Source of the DNA: Myxococcota bacterium
GTDB lineage: Bacteria > Myxococcota_A > UBA9160 > UBA4427
Reading direction: 5' to 3'
Assembly: GCA_965250285.1 (NCBI GenBank)
Contig: OZ252299.1
Span: 4,800,001 to 4,864,000 of the forward strand
DNA length: 64,000 nucleotides
Under the pieces are notes generated by a model. That model did no database searches. It was not told the DNA's origin and was given only the letters and a program-made list of their open reading frames with translations. The position numbers were made by a program, and so were the translations under genes. This document shows, in pieces, positions 18,244 to 28,171 of this stretch (position 1 is its first letter; each line of letters opens with the position of its first letter).

Positions 18244-20066
18244 CACCAGCTCCACGCGCCGAGTCGGAGCCAATCGATCAGGCGATGCGTCGCGATCCAG
18301 AGCAGCGGCCGGTCGCCCGCGTCGAGGCGCGCGATGCCCTCCATGCCGGGGCGCAGCCGGTCGTCGGAAGCAAAGGAACCAACGGGGTCGGCCACGAGCT
18401 CGGCCTCGACGCGGAAGTGGTTGCGGCCCCCCTCGGCGACGGTCACTGGCTGAATGCGCGCGATCCGCAGCGGCAGCGGCTGCGCGGGGAGCGCCTGCAG
18501 CTTGAGGTGGCCGAGTCCGCCTTCGGCGATCGCGGCGACGTCGCGCTCGTCGACCTCGAGAATGATCCGATAGCCCCCGCGCGGCGCCAGCTCGAAGAGC
18601 ATCTCGCCGCGCTCCACCGGCGAGCCCAGTCGCTGGGAGAGATCGCCGGCGACCACGACGCCGTCGAACGGGGCCACCAGCGACGTTCGGGCCAGGCGCG
18701 CCTCGACGAGGGCCTGCTCGGCAGCGGCCTGTCGCATCCGGGCGCGCAGGATGCTCGCCTGGCTGCGGTCATGCCGCGCGAGCGCCTCTCGAAACTCGCC
18801 CTCGAGCTCGGCCAGCCGAGCGTCGCCCGTCTGCTGTTCGAGCCGCAGGTCGCGATCGTCGAGGCGAGCAAGGATCTGCCCGGCCTGCACGATCTCCCCC
18901 GCACGCACGTGCGCTTCGGCGACGAAACCGTCCATGCCTGCGACGATGGCCCGCTGCACACGTCCTTCCAGACGCGCATCGGCGCGGACGCGGTACGAGA
19001 CCGGCAGCAATGATGCAAAGAAGATCAGCGCGATCGTCGCATACACGCCGACCTTGAGTCGCGTGTGTCCAGGCCCGAAGAGCGCTTCGACGAACGCATC
19101 GAAGTCGTCGAGGCATCGACGCCAGATGCCGCGCTCGGCTCTTCGCGCGAGCAGAAGAGCGGGGCCGACACGACGCGCCGCGAGCTCGCAGAGGCGTCGG
19201 GTCGATCGATCGCTCGCGGCACCGGCCGGCGCCTCGAAGGCGAACGCGCAGCGCTCGCCGTGTGATTCGACCGGCACACTGAAGACGTCGCACGCGCTCG
19301 ACGTGCGTTGCCACGCGCGGTGCGCCCACGGCCGCACCGGCGCGACTTCGTCGCTCGCATCATCGTCGGCTTCGCGCGCGTACGCGGCGAGAGGCTGCCC
19401 CGCATCCATCGACTCTTCGACGGCCGCGCGCCACGGCTGCAGCCAGCGTGCGCCGCGATCGAAGTCGAGGCCGTTGGAGACCGCGATGACGCGGGCCGAT
19501 GCGTCGTCGAGCACGAAGAACCCTGCGCGACTGCACGGCGTCATCGCGACGAGGCGCGCGAGCGCACCGGTCGCCGACTCTTCCAGCGTCGCGCCCGATC
19601 GAGCAGCCTCGAGCACGGCGTCGGCTGCGTTCGACTCGGCGACCCGCGCGCCCGCGTCTCGCAGTGCGTACAGCCAGGCGCCCTCGGCGCGCAGCGCCTC
19701 GCAGACCCGCTTGATGCGATCCTCTGCGTTCGCCTCGTCGCCTGGATCGAGCTCGACGGCAACGACGAGCGCGGGCTCGGACTCGCTCGCCGGAGGCCCT
19801 GCACCTCGGTTGGCGGCACGATCGACCGGGACCCCGACGAGCGCAATGCGTTCATCGTCGCCGACGCGCAGCGACCGCACGACGCGGCGGCCATGGCGCG
19901 CGGCCGACTCGGCCGTCTCTTGCAGCCTCGGCTCGACCGGTGCGTCTTCGGGCCAGCACACGAGGACGTCGGGTTCGCCCGGCGCGGGCCACAGCAGGCA
20001 GGCCGAGCGCACGCCCTCGAGCGTGTCGCAGCGCCGACCCAGCCACCCGCGAATGTCGTCGCGCAC
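18240..20066 (-). CDS. GAF-like domain + HlyD-family adaptor fusion
   Basis: N-terminal GAF-like region, single TM (VGVYATIALIFFASLLPV), VRAGEIVQAGQILARLD, APFDGVVV, LRPGMEG; GTG start after GGAGGGG. Confidence 0.85.
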   Translation of the reverse strand: MRDDIRGWLGRRCDTLEGVRSACLLWPAPGEPDVLVCWPEDAPVEPRLQETAESAARHGRRVVRSLRVGDDERIALVGVPVDRAANRGAGPPASESEPALVVAVELDPGDEANAEDRIKRVCEALRAEGAWLYALRDAGARVAESNAADAVLEAARSGATLEESATGALARLVAMTPCSRAGFFVLDDASARVIAVSNGLDFDRGARWLQPWRAAVEESMDAGQPLAAYAREADDDASDEVAPVRPWAHRAWQRTSSACDVFSVPVESHGERCAFAFEAPAGAASDRSTRRLCELAARRVGPALLLARRAERGIWRRCLDDFDAFVEALFGPGHTRLKVGVYATIALIFFASLLPVSYRVRADARLEGRVQRAIVAGMDGFVAEAHVRAGEIVQAGQILARLDDRDLRLEQQTGDARLAELEGEFREALARHDRSQASILRARMRQAAAEQALVEARLARTSLVAPFDGVVVAGDLSQRLGSPVERGEMLFELAPRGGYRIILEVDERDVAAIAEGGLGHLKLQALPAQPLPLRIARIQPVTVAEGGRNHFRVEAELVADPVGSFASDDRLRPGMEGIARLDAGDRPLLWIATHRLIDWLRLGAWSWW

Positions 20067-20319
20067 TCGTTTCCCCTCCCCGGACAGGGACTTGCGCCTC
20101 TCTCTTCGGCCTGCTGACGCTGGGGATTGAGCCCGCTGCACAGGCCTCCGAGCCGGGCGGCCTGCGACCGCGCGAGCTGCCGGGATTCCACAACGCCGAG
20201 CGCCCGGCGCACCTCACCGAAACGCCTCGAAGACGCCCACCCCGAATCGAAACGGCTCGATGCGATTCCGCTCCGCCCACCCCTCTGGGCGGTCGATACG
20301 CCCTGCGAGGCAACCTGAC

Positions 20320-22851
20320 GTGACGAGCCCCATCGAAAGATCGGTCCGATCGACCACCCTCCTGCCGGTGATCGTCGCAGCGCTGGCGTGCGCGGCGGTG
20401 GCCTTCGACCTCGTCGGCGTCCACCGCGATCTGGCGGCGTTCGCCAACGCGCAGCGGCAAGCCCTGGCCCGCTCGGCTTTCGCGCTCGCCTGGGTCGAAT
20501 CGAGCGTCGCCCACGATCCCCGCGTCGTACCGAGTGGTGCCGACGCCGAACGCTGGGCACCGACGCGGACGCGTCTGCGTCAGGCCCTCGCCGAGGCCTT
20601 TCCCGAGGCGGCCGACGCCGAAGCGGTGTGGTCCGAGCGGCAGCACGCGCTCGAGAATCAGCTCGAACGCGCCTACGACCTGCGGGCCGGCGGGCAGACG
20701 GAGGTCTCCGATCGCCTGCTCGAGGACGGTTGGGACCGCTTCGTCGATACGTGGCTGCGCGCCGATCTCGCCGCGACGGTCGCCGAAGCGCTGGCCGACG
20801 CCGATGCCGCCACACACCGAGCCGAGGACGACGCCAATCACTGGCAGTCGCTCGTCACCATCGATGCCCCGGTGCTCGATGCGGCGCTGGCCGATCTTCA
20901 CCGCGCCGTCGCCACCCAGCGCATCGCGAGCGATGCGCTGCACGCAGCCCGCGACGCGCGGCTCGATGGCGCGACGAGCGAACGCGCCCGAGCGAGCCGC
21001 GATCTACTCTCGCGTCGATGGGCGCGCTTCGAGTCGGCCCGCGATCGCGTCGAGCCCGAGCGCGCCGACGCACTGCGTGCGCTGACGACCGCCGTTGCCG
21101 GTGCACCGGGCGCCCGACCCGGAGACGTGCATCAAGCCCTCGACGTCGTGCACGAGTCGATCTGGCCACTCCTGCACGCCGATGCAGAGCGACTTGGCGG
21201 GCGACTCGCCGTCGTCGAGCGCGCCAGCGCGCGCGCCGGTGCGTTCGCCATCGGCTTCGCCCTGGTCGCGCTCGTGCTCCCGGTGATCGGCCTGCTGACC
21301 GTGTCGCGTTGGCTGACGCGCCCACTCGCGCGCACGCTCGATACGGTCGAGGCGATGAGCGAGGGACGCCTCGACGATGCGCGGATGCGCGACTGGCCGC
21401 GCCCGTGGCGCGCGTTCGGCGTCGACCTCGAGCAGATCCGCGGCCGGTTGGAAGAGGCCGAGGGGCATGCGCGCGCACTGCTGCTCTACGACGCGACGAC
21501 CGGGCTCGTCAATCGACGTCACTTCACCGAGCGGCTGAACGCGAGCCTGGTCTCGGCGCGCGTCGATGGTCGAACGATGGCGTTGCTGTCGATCGGGATC
21601 GACGGTCTCGGCGGGCTGCACGAATCGCATCGCCCCGAGGAGTACGACGCGCTGCTGCGTGAAGTCGCGCAGCGTGTGTCTTCGAGCGTCCGCGTGAACG
21701 ACGTGATCGGGCACGGCGCGGGCAGCAGCCCACTGCCGGTGGTCGGACAGACGTCGGAGACCGAGCTCACGGTGCTGCTCACGAAGATCGCGGCGGGCAG
21801 CGACGCCGCCATCGTCGCCGAGCGCACCCTCGGCGCATTCGAGAAGCCGCTCGTCGTCGCCGAGCTCGGCATCGAGTGTACGGTGCAGGTCTCGATCGGC
21901 ATCGCGATCTCACCGGCCGATGGCCGCGACACCGGCGAGCTGCTGCGCAACGCACAGTCGGCCCGGGCCGCTGCACAGGCACGCGGATCGGGCACGGCGC
22001 TCTTCTGCTCCGACGCGCTCAACGCTGCGGCGTCGCGCAAGTACGAGGTGCGGCGACGGCTCGGCCGCGCGCTCGAACGCGACCTGCTCGAGCTCCACTA
22101 CCAGCCGATTCGAGACACGCGATCGGGGCGCGTCACGGCGATCGAGGCCCTGCTGCGCTGGAGCGACGTCGAGTTCGGTCCGATCTCACCCGGCGAGTTC
22201 ATCCCGATCGCCGAAGAGTCAGGCCTCATCTCGACCATCGGTCGGTGGGTGGTGCGTCGAGCGTGCGAAGACATCGTCGGCTGGCGCGAAGCCGGTCTCG
22301 CCCCGGTTCGCGTCTCGATCAATGCGAGCCCGGCGCAGCTGCACGAGAGCGACTTCGCCGACTTCGTACTCGATACGCTCGACGAGATGAAGGTTTCGCC
22401 CGAGGGCATCGAGCTCGAGATCACCGAGAGCGTGGTGATCGAGCAGAACGCGGCGACGGGTGAGACGCTGGGCCGTCTGCACGAAGCCGGCATCGGTCTC
22501 GTACTCGACGATTTCGGGACGGGCTATTCGTCGTTCTCACACCTGCGGCGGTTCCCGATCGAGCGCGTCAAGATCGACCGGTCGTTCATCGCCGAGGTGA
22601 GCGAAGGCGGTGAAGGTGCCGCGCTCACGTCGGCGATTCTCGCGTTCGCATCCAGCCTCGGGTTGCCGGTCGTGGCCGAGGGCGTCGAGACCGATCTGCA
22701 GGCCGACTTCCTCATGCAGATGGGCTGCGACGAGATGCAGGGCTATCTGATCAGCCAGGCGGTTTCACCGACCGAGTGTGCTCGCTTCTTCGAGCTCGAG
22801 AAGCCCGAAGCCGAAGCGGACAGCAGCGGCGGCGGCGAGCTCGACGACTAG
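20320..22851 (+). CDS. Membrane sensor with HAMP-like region, degenerate GGDEF and intact EAL (c-di-GMP phosphodiesterase)
   Basis: Two TMs; YDATTGLVNRR; GGDEF position reads QTSETE; IEALLRW, LEITES, DDFGTGYSS, KIDRSF, AEGVET, QGY; start approximate. Confidence 0.9.
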   Translation: MTSPIERSVRSTTLLPVIVAALACAAVAFDLVGVHRDLAAFANAQRQALARSAFALAWVESSVAHDPRVVPSGADAERWAPTRTRLRQALAEAFPEAADAEAVWSERQHALENQLERAYDLRAGGQTEVSDRLLEDGWDRFVDTWLRADLAATVAEALADADAATHRAEDDANHWQSLVTIDAPVLDAALADLHRAVATQRIASDALHAARDARLDGATSERARASRDLLSRRWARFESARDRVEPERADALRALTTAVAGAPGARPGDVHQALDVVHESIWPLLHADAERLGGRLAVVERASARAGAFAIGFALVALVLPVIGLLTVSRWLTRPLARTLDTVEAMSEGRLDDARMRDWPRPWRAFGVDLEQIRGRLEEAEGHARALLLYDATTGLVNRRHFTERLNASLVSARVDGRTMALLSIGIDGLGGLHESHRPEEYDALLREVAQRVSSSVRVNDVIGHGAGSSPLPVVGQTSETELTVLLTKIAAGSDAAIVAERTLGAFEKPLVVAELGIECTVQVSIGIAISPADGRDTGELLRNAQSARAAAQARGSGTALFCSDALNAAASRKYEVRRRLGRALERDLLELHYQPIRDTRSGRVTAIEALLRWSDVEFGPISPGEFIPIAEESGLISTIGRWVVRRACEDIVGWREAGLAPVRVSINASPAQLHESDFADFVLDTLDEMKVSPEGIELEITESVVIEQNAATGETLGRLHEAGIGLVLDDFGTGYSSFSHLRRFPIERVKIDRSFIAEVSEGGEGAALTSAILAFASSLGLPVVAEGVETDLQADFLMQMGCDEMQGYLISQAVSPTECARFFELEKPEAEADSSGGGELDD

Positions 22852-23234
22852 AAGAGAGCGAGCAGCACCGCCGACCAGGCCGCGCGCAGCAGCAGCGCCA
22901 GATTCGCCAGCCACCCGAGCACGAAGCCGATCGTGCGCTTGGTCGGATCGGCCACGTAAGAGACGGCATAGATCGGTCGAGCGACGGCGAACGCCAGCCC
23001 GCCGACCAGCACGAAGGTCGTCGCCTGGAAGTACGCGCAGAGCCAGAGCGCCGGTAGGAAGATCACGAACTGCTCGACGGTGTTCAGCTGAACGCGGTAC
23101 CAGCGCTCGTAGTGCTCGTCGCCCACGACCTTGGGCGCGGGAATGCCCGCCTTCTGGCGCGCGGCACCCACGAGGCCCTGGAACACGAAGTACTCGATCA
23201 AGACGATCACGGTGATCAGTGCGGCCCAGTGCAT
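22848..23234 (-). CDS. MAPEG family membrane protein
   Basis: VGAARQKAGIPAP...YERWYRVQLNTVEQ, ARPIYA; about 128 aa, 4 TM. Confidence 0.88.
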   Translation of the reverse strand: MHWAALITVIVLIEYFVFQGLVGAARQKAGIPAPKVVGDEHYERWYRVQLNTVEQFVIFLPALWLCAYFQATTFVLVGGLAFAVARPIYAVSYVADPTKRTIGFVLGWLANLALLLRAAWSAVLLALF

Positions 23235-23298
23235 GGCATGCCTCCGGTCGTGGGCCGTGCGAGGAAGGTCGGCCCGCGCGCTGATATACTCGCATGCC

Positions 23299-26247
23299 AT
23301 GTGCGCAGCTGCCCGCGACGCAGGGCCCCCGAATCGAACCCGCCGCTTCGCGTGCACATGCATCGTGATCGCGCTTTCGTGGGTGCTCGGCCCCGCCGCG
23401 GGGGCGGCGACCCCGCCGAGCGCGCTCGAGCCCTCTTCTGCGAATGCCGGCGGCATCGAGCCGCGATTCGAGGTCGCCCCTGCGCCCGATTGGGTCGTCG
23501 ACGTCGCGGTGCCCGAGAGCGCCGGCGTCGGCGCAGAGGCGTTGCATGATGGGGTCGCCGATCTCTTGACCGACACGCAGGTGCGGATCGGCGACCAGCC
23601 CGAGCATGCGTTCAACCGCTACGTCAGCGAAGTCGTCGAGCCCACGGGCGTATCGAGCGTCGGGCGGATCCAGATCGACTTCGCCGCGACCTACCAGACG
23701 CTCGAGCTCCACTGGATTCGACTCGTGCGCGACGGCGTGGTGCAGGAGCGACTCGACCCCGGCAAGGTGCGGATCCTGCAGCAGGAAGAGGACATCGACC
23801 TGCACATGTACCACCAGACCGCGACGGCGCTGGTGCTGCTCGATGACGTGCGGGTCGGGGATCGCGTCGACTACGCATTCTCACTCGTCGGTGCCAACCC
23901 GATCTTCGAGGGGCGATACCAGGACTGGCTCTACCTCGAGTGGTGGTATCCGTTCGGCCGGATCCACAACCGCATCGTCGCGCCCGAAGACCGCGCGCTC
24001 TTCTTCGAACGGCACAACACCGACGAGCTGCCCGAGCGGCGAGCAATCGAAGGGCGCGACGGCCTCGTCGAGTGGGTCTGGCAAGGCGACGCCGTCGGGG
24101 CCGCCCTGAGCGAAGACTCGATGCCGTCCGATCTCGATCCGCTCGCCGCGCATCAGGTCAGCGAGTTCGAGACCTGGGGCGAGGTCGCGAGCTGGGCGAG
24201 CAGCGTCTTCGAGGTCGGCGACCCAGATGCAGACAACGGTGTACGGAAACTCGCCGAGGAGATTCGCGCGGCCCACGCCACAGACGAGGAGCGGATCATT
24301 GCCGCGCTTCGCTTCGTGCAGGACGACGTGCGCTACCTCGGCCTCGAGATCGGCGTGAACGCGTTCCGTCCGCACGCGCCGGCGCTCACCCTCGAGCGCC
24401 GCTTCGGCGACTGCAAGGACAAATCGAGCCTCTTGGTCGCGCTGCTGACCGAGCTCGGAGTCGAGGCACACGTCGCGCTCGTCAACACCGAGCTCGCAGG
24501 CGCCGTCGAGGCGCTGCACCCCACCGCCAGCGCCTTCGATCACGCCATCGTCCGCGTCACGTACGACGGGCGGTCGTGGTGGCTCGACCCGACGCTCACC
24601 TACGAGCGGGGCCCACTCGCAGACGAGGAGTGGTTCGAGTATGGCCACGCGCTCGTGGTCGACGTGTCGAGTGAAGCACTCGACGTCGTCGAGCCGCACG
24701 AGAGCCGCGTGCTGCCGGCGCGCATCGAACACGCGTACACGAGTGAGTCCTACACGGCGCCGACGCAGCTCGAAGTGAGGTCGACGTACCGGGGTGACCG
24801 CGCCGATTCGTTTCGAGCCTGGGCCGCTTCGATGGCGAACGACTCGATCGAGCGGCAGTACCAGAACTACTACGCACGTGACATGCCCGACATCGAGCTC
24901 GCCCAGCCGCTTCAGATCGAGGACGACGAGGTCACCAACACGATCGTGGTGACCGAGCGCTACCGCGTGCCCGACCTGTGGTGGCGGCGCGATGTCGATG
25001 GGCCGTGGCGCGCAAACTTCGTCGCGCGCGAGCTGCGCGATGAGCTCTCGACGCCCGACACCGTACAGCGCACGCACCCGCTCGCGGTCGCGCATCCGGT
25101 TCGGACCGAGGTGACGATTCGCGTCGACGCCGCCGAGCCAATCAAGGTGCGCACGGTCGACGACCGCATCGAGGGCCCGGCGTTCGCCCTCGACTACGCC
25201 GTGCGGGCCGACGGCGACGACGCGGTCATCGATTACGTCTACGTGTCGACGGCCGATCGTGTGGCGCCCGGCGAGGTGGGCAGCCACCTCGACGCCGTCG
25301 ACGAGGCCTGGAACACGACCGAGTATCGAATCGGCACGAGCCGACTCGACGCGGTGACGGATCGAGCGACGCGCATCGACCGCGCGCTTCGCAACGGCGC
25401 GGTGGCCGCCGTCGTGCTGACGGGGCTCGTCTTCATCGCGTGGCCCACCCTGCTGCTTCGCCGGGGTGTCGGCGGTGTACTGCGTGGTGACCTCGCGCGA
25501 GCCACCACGCGCCTGCGCATGGCTTCGCGCATGGCGCCGGCCCGCAGCGGCCTCGCGCGACGCAGTGAGCTCGCGCTCTCTCTCGCGCTCGGTACATGGG
25601 GCCGACGCGACGAGGCGCTCGGCCTCGCCGCCCGGATGGCGCGCCTGGACGCGAATCCGCTGCGGGCCCGCCTCGTGCGGGCCGCCGCGTGGGCGTGGCG
25701 CGCGGAGCTGGCGCGCGACGTCGATGCCGAGACGGCGCTCGCCCATGCCGATCGTGGTGTGGACCTCGCCCGTGAGCTGACCGGGGCCGACGGCTGGGCC
25801 GTGCGCGCCTGCACCCTCTCGACGCGCGCCGGCCTGCGAGCCCGCGGCGGAGATCTCGAGGCCGCCGCGCGCGACCTCGATGAGGCCCGCTCCCACCGAA
25901 GCGAAGAAGGCGACCGCGCCCGGGGCTGGTTGCCCCTGCTTCGCCTCATCGCGAATACCGACCGGGCCGCCGTGCAGGTCGCCGCGGCCCGTGGCGACCT
26001 CGAGGTCGCCCTGCGCGCGAGCGAACGCTACCTCGCCGACGCGAAGCAGCGCTGGCCCGCCGCGCATCCCGCGCTCATCGACGCGATGTGCCTGCACGCC
26101 GAGTGTCTGATGGCCGCGGGCGACGCGCCGGCAGCGGTGCGCGCCATCGCCGGCGTCGAGTCGGCCCTCGGCCCTCACGTCGATGCCGAGAGCCCGCTGC
26201 GCACGCGCGCAGCCGAGCTTCGGGCCCAGCTCGCAGCCAGCGGCTAG
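23299..26247 (+). CDS. DUF3857 + transglutaminase-like protein with TM and C-terminal TPR-like region
   Basis: PAPDWV, LDDVRVGDRVDYAFS, RFGDCKDKS (Cys), FDHAI (His), WLDPT (Asp); start approximate. Confidence 0.85.
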   Translation: MCAAARDAGPPNRTRRFACTCIVIALSWVLGPAAGAATPPSALEPSSANAGGIEPRFEVAPAPDWVVDVAVPESAGVGAEALHDGVADLLTDTQVRIGDQPEHAFNRYVSEVVEPTGVSSVGRIQIDFAATYQTLELHWIRLVRDGVVQERLDPGKVRILQQEEDIDLHMYHQTATALVLLDDVRVGDRVDYAFSLVGANPIFEGRYQDWLYLEWWYPFGRIHNRIVAPEDRALFFERHNTDELPERRAIEGRDGLVEWVWQGDAVGAALSEDSMPSDLDPLAAHQVSEFETWGEVASWASSVFEVGDPDADNGVRKLAEEIRAAHATDEERIIAALRFVQDDVRYLGLEIGVNAFRPHAPALTLERRFGDCKDKSSLLVALLTELGVEAHVALVNTELAGAVEALHPTASAFDHAIVRVTYDGRSWWLDPTLTYERGPLADEEWFEYGHALVVDVSSEALDVVEPHESRVLPARIEHAYTSESYTAPTQLEVRSTYRGDRADSFRAWAASMANDSIERQYQNYYARDMPDIELAQPLQIEDDEVTNTIVVTERYRVPDLWWRRDVDGPWRANFVARELRDELSTPDTVQRTHPLAVAHPVRTEVTIRVDAAEPIKVRTVDDRIEGPAFALDYAVRADGDDAVIDYVYVSTADRVAPGEVGSHLDAVDEAWNTTEYRIGTSRLDAVTDRATRIDRALRNGAVAAVVLTGLVFIAWPTLLLRRGVGGVLRGDLARATTRLRMASRMAPARSGLARRSELALSLALGTWGRRDEALGLAARMARLDANPLRARLVRAAAWAWRAELARDVDAETALAHADRGVDLARELTGADGWAVRACTLSTRAGLRARGGDLEAAARDLDEARSHRSEEGDRARGWLPLLRLIANTDRAAVQVAAARGDLEVALRASERYLADAKQRWPAAHPALIDAMCLHAECLMAAGDAPAAVRAIAGVESALGPHVDAESPLRTRAAELRAQLAASG

Positions 26248-26360
26248 CGCTGCGCGCTCGGTGCATCGACGCGCGGTGCGATCACGGGCGAGGCGCTCGG
26301 GCAACGACTAGTCTGATTCGACCGGCGGCATCCCCGCACGGCCCGAACGGAGGCACCCCC

Positions 26361-27407
26361 ATGCAGATCGCCACCATGCTCGGCTACTCGGGCGGCTTCG
26401 AAGACTCGGTCGCCGAGGTGCAGCGCCTCGAACAGGAAGGCCTCGACACGGTGTGGGTCGCCGAAGCCTACGGCTTCGACGCACCGAGCCTGATGGGCTT
26501 CATCGCCGCGCGCACGTCTCGGGTGCGCATCGCGTCGGGCATCCTGCCGATCTACACGCGCACGCCGACGCTGCTCGCGATGACCGCCGCCGGCGTCGAC
26601 GCGCTCTCGGGTGGGCGCGCCATGCTCGGGCTCGGTGCGTCGGGGCCGCAGGTCATCGAGGGCTTCCATGGCGTGAAGTACGACGCCCCGCTCACGCGCA
26701 CCCGCGAGATCATTGAGATCTGCCGTCGGGTCTGGCGACGCGAGCGCCTCGAGCACGACGGACGCAAGTACCAGATGCCGCTGTCGGCCGAGCAGGGCAC
26801 GGGCCTCGGCAAGCCGCTCAAGATGATCACCCACCCGGTGCGCGACGACATTCCGATCGCGGTCGCGGCGCTGACGCAGAAGAGTGTCGCACAAACAGCC
26901 GAGCTCGCGGACGGCTGGCTGCCGGTCTTCTTCCATCCGACGAAGGCGATGGATCGCTGGGGCGACGCGCTCGCGGAGGGTCGATCGAAGCGAGACCCGT
27001 CACGGGGTCCGCTCGAGGTGTTCGTCGGTGGCTCCGTCGCCATCGGCGATGGCCTCGAAGCGCTGCGCGATCGCGGGCGTCCGATGACGGCGCTCTACGT
27101 CGGCGGCATGGGCGCGAGAGAGAAGAACTTCTACAACGACGTCTTCGCGAGCTATGGCTACGAGAAAGAGGCGAAGGAGATCCAGGATCTCTACCTCTCC
27201 GGCAAGAAGCGCGAGGCCGAGGCCGCGATCCCGGCGGGCTTCATCGAGGAGACCACCCTCATCGGCCCCGAAGGCTTCGTGAAGGACCGGCTGGTGCAGT
27301 ACAAGGAGTCGGGCGTCACGTCGCTCAACGTCTCACTGCACGGCCACACGCTCGACGAGCGCGTGCGTACCCTCGGTCTGCTGCGCGAGATCCTGGCCCA
27401 GATCTGA
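26361..27407 (+). CDS. LLM-class (probably F420-dependent) oxidoreductase
   Basis: VWVAEAYGFDA, RTPTLLAMTA, LGLGASGPQVIEGFHG, ELADGW; GGAGG RBS. Confidence 0.92.
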   Translation: MQIATMLGYSGGFEDSVAEVQRLEQEGLDTVWVAEAYGFDAPSLMGFIAARTSRVRIASGILPIYTRTPTLLAMTAAGVDALSGGRAMLGLGASGPQVIEGFHGVKYDAPLTRTREIIEICRRVWRRERLEHDGRKYQMPLSAEQGTGLGKPLKMITHPVRDDIPIAVAALTQKSVAQTAELADGWLPVFFHPTKAMDRWGDALAEGRSKRDPSRGPLEVFVGGSVAIGDGLEALRDRGRPMTALYVGGMGAREKNFYNDVFASYGYEKEAKEIQDLYLSGKKREAEAAIPAGFIEETTLIGPEGFVKDRLVQYKESGVTSLNVSLHGHTLDERVRTLGLLREILAQI

Positions 27408-27601
27408 ACGGCGCATCGGGTCACAGGTGCGGGCCCGGTCTCGTGCGCGTCGCCGACCGCTCCGCGCGGCATCCAAGCAAGTGAGGCCCGTCGAGCGAGG
27501 CGGCCGGCGGAGGCTTCGCCGCGGTGCTCTCCTTGTTCGAGTCGGGCCCGGCCGAGTCGCCTCGGGCGAGCGCCGAGCGACGCACCGACCCAGGAGCCCA
27601 C

Positions 27602-28171
27602 GTGGACTACTACGACCCGCATCCGACGCTGCAGCTCGAACGATCGCTGGCGCTCGTCGGGTTCATGGGCTCGGGCGTGCGCAACGTCGCGCGCGGTCTG
27701 TCGGCGCGCACGGGTCTGCCGCTCCACGACCTGCAGCGCATGGCCGAGAGCGAGGCGGGCATGTCGTGGGCGCGGCTGCTCCTCGAAGGCGGACCCGACG
27801 GGCTCGCGCGGGCCGAAGCGCGCGCCCTCGACCGGGCCCTCGGCGAAGCGCAGCCGGGCGTCATCGCGTTCTCGCACGGGGCCCTGCTCGATGCCGGCAT
27901 TCGCGAAGCCGCGCTGTCGCGCACGCGCCTGGTCTATGTCGAGCGCCCGCTCGACGTGGCGTTCGAGCGCGTGCGGGCGAAGCTGAAGGCCCAGCCCGCG
28001 AGCATCGCCGAGTTCATGCTTGGCCCGCCGCGCCGGGTCGACGATCTGAAGCCCTACTTCGACGAGCGCGAACCCGGCTACCTCGAGGTGCCGGTGGCGA
28101 TCGGGGCGCGCGATCTCCACGACCAGGAGATCGTCGAGAGCCTGCTCGGGGAGCTGCGCGAAGGCGCCTGA
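27602..28171 (+). CDS. Shikimate kinase-like protein with degenerate P-loop
   Basis: LALVGFMGSGVR (no Lys), LVYVE, FDEREPGY; GTG start after AGGAG. Confidence 0.7.
   Translation: MDYYDPHPTLQLERSLALVGFMGSGVRNVARGLSARTGLPLHDLQRMAESEAGMSWARLLLEGGPDGLARAEARALDRALGEAQPGVIAFSHGALLDAGIREAALSRTRLVYVERPLDVAFERVRAKLKAQPASIAEFMLGPPRRVDDLKPYFDEREPGYLEVPVAIGARDLHDQEIVESLLGELREGA

Noticed and set aside
8915..20066. Classical RTX type I secretion system or RiPP cluster
   Set aside because: No ABC ATPase, TolC or GGxGxD repeat array; no precursor peptide or modifying enzymes
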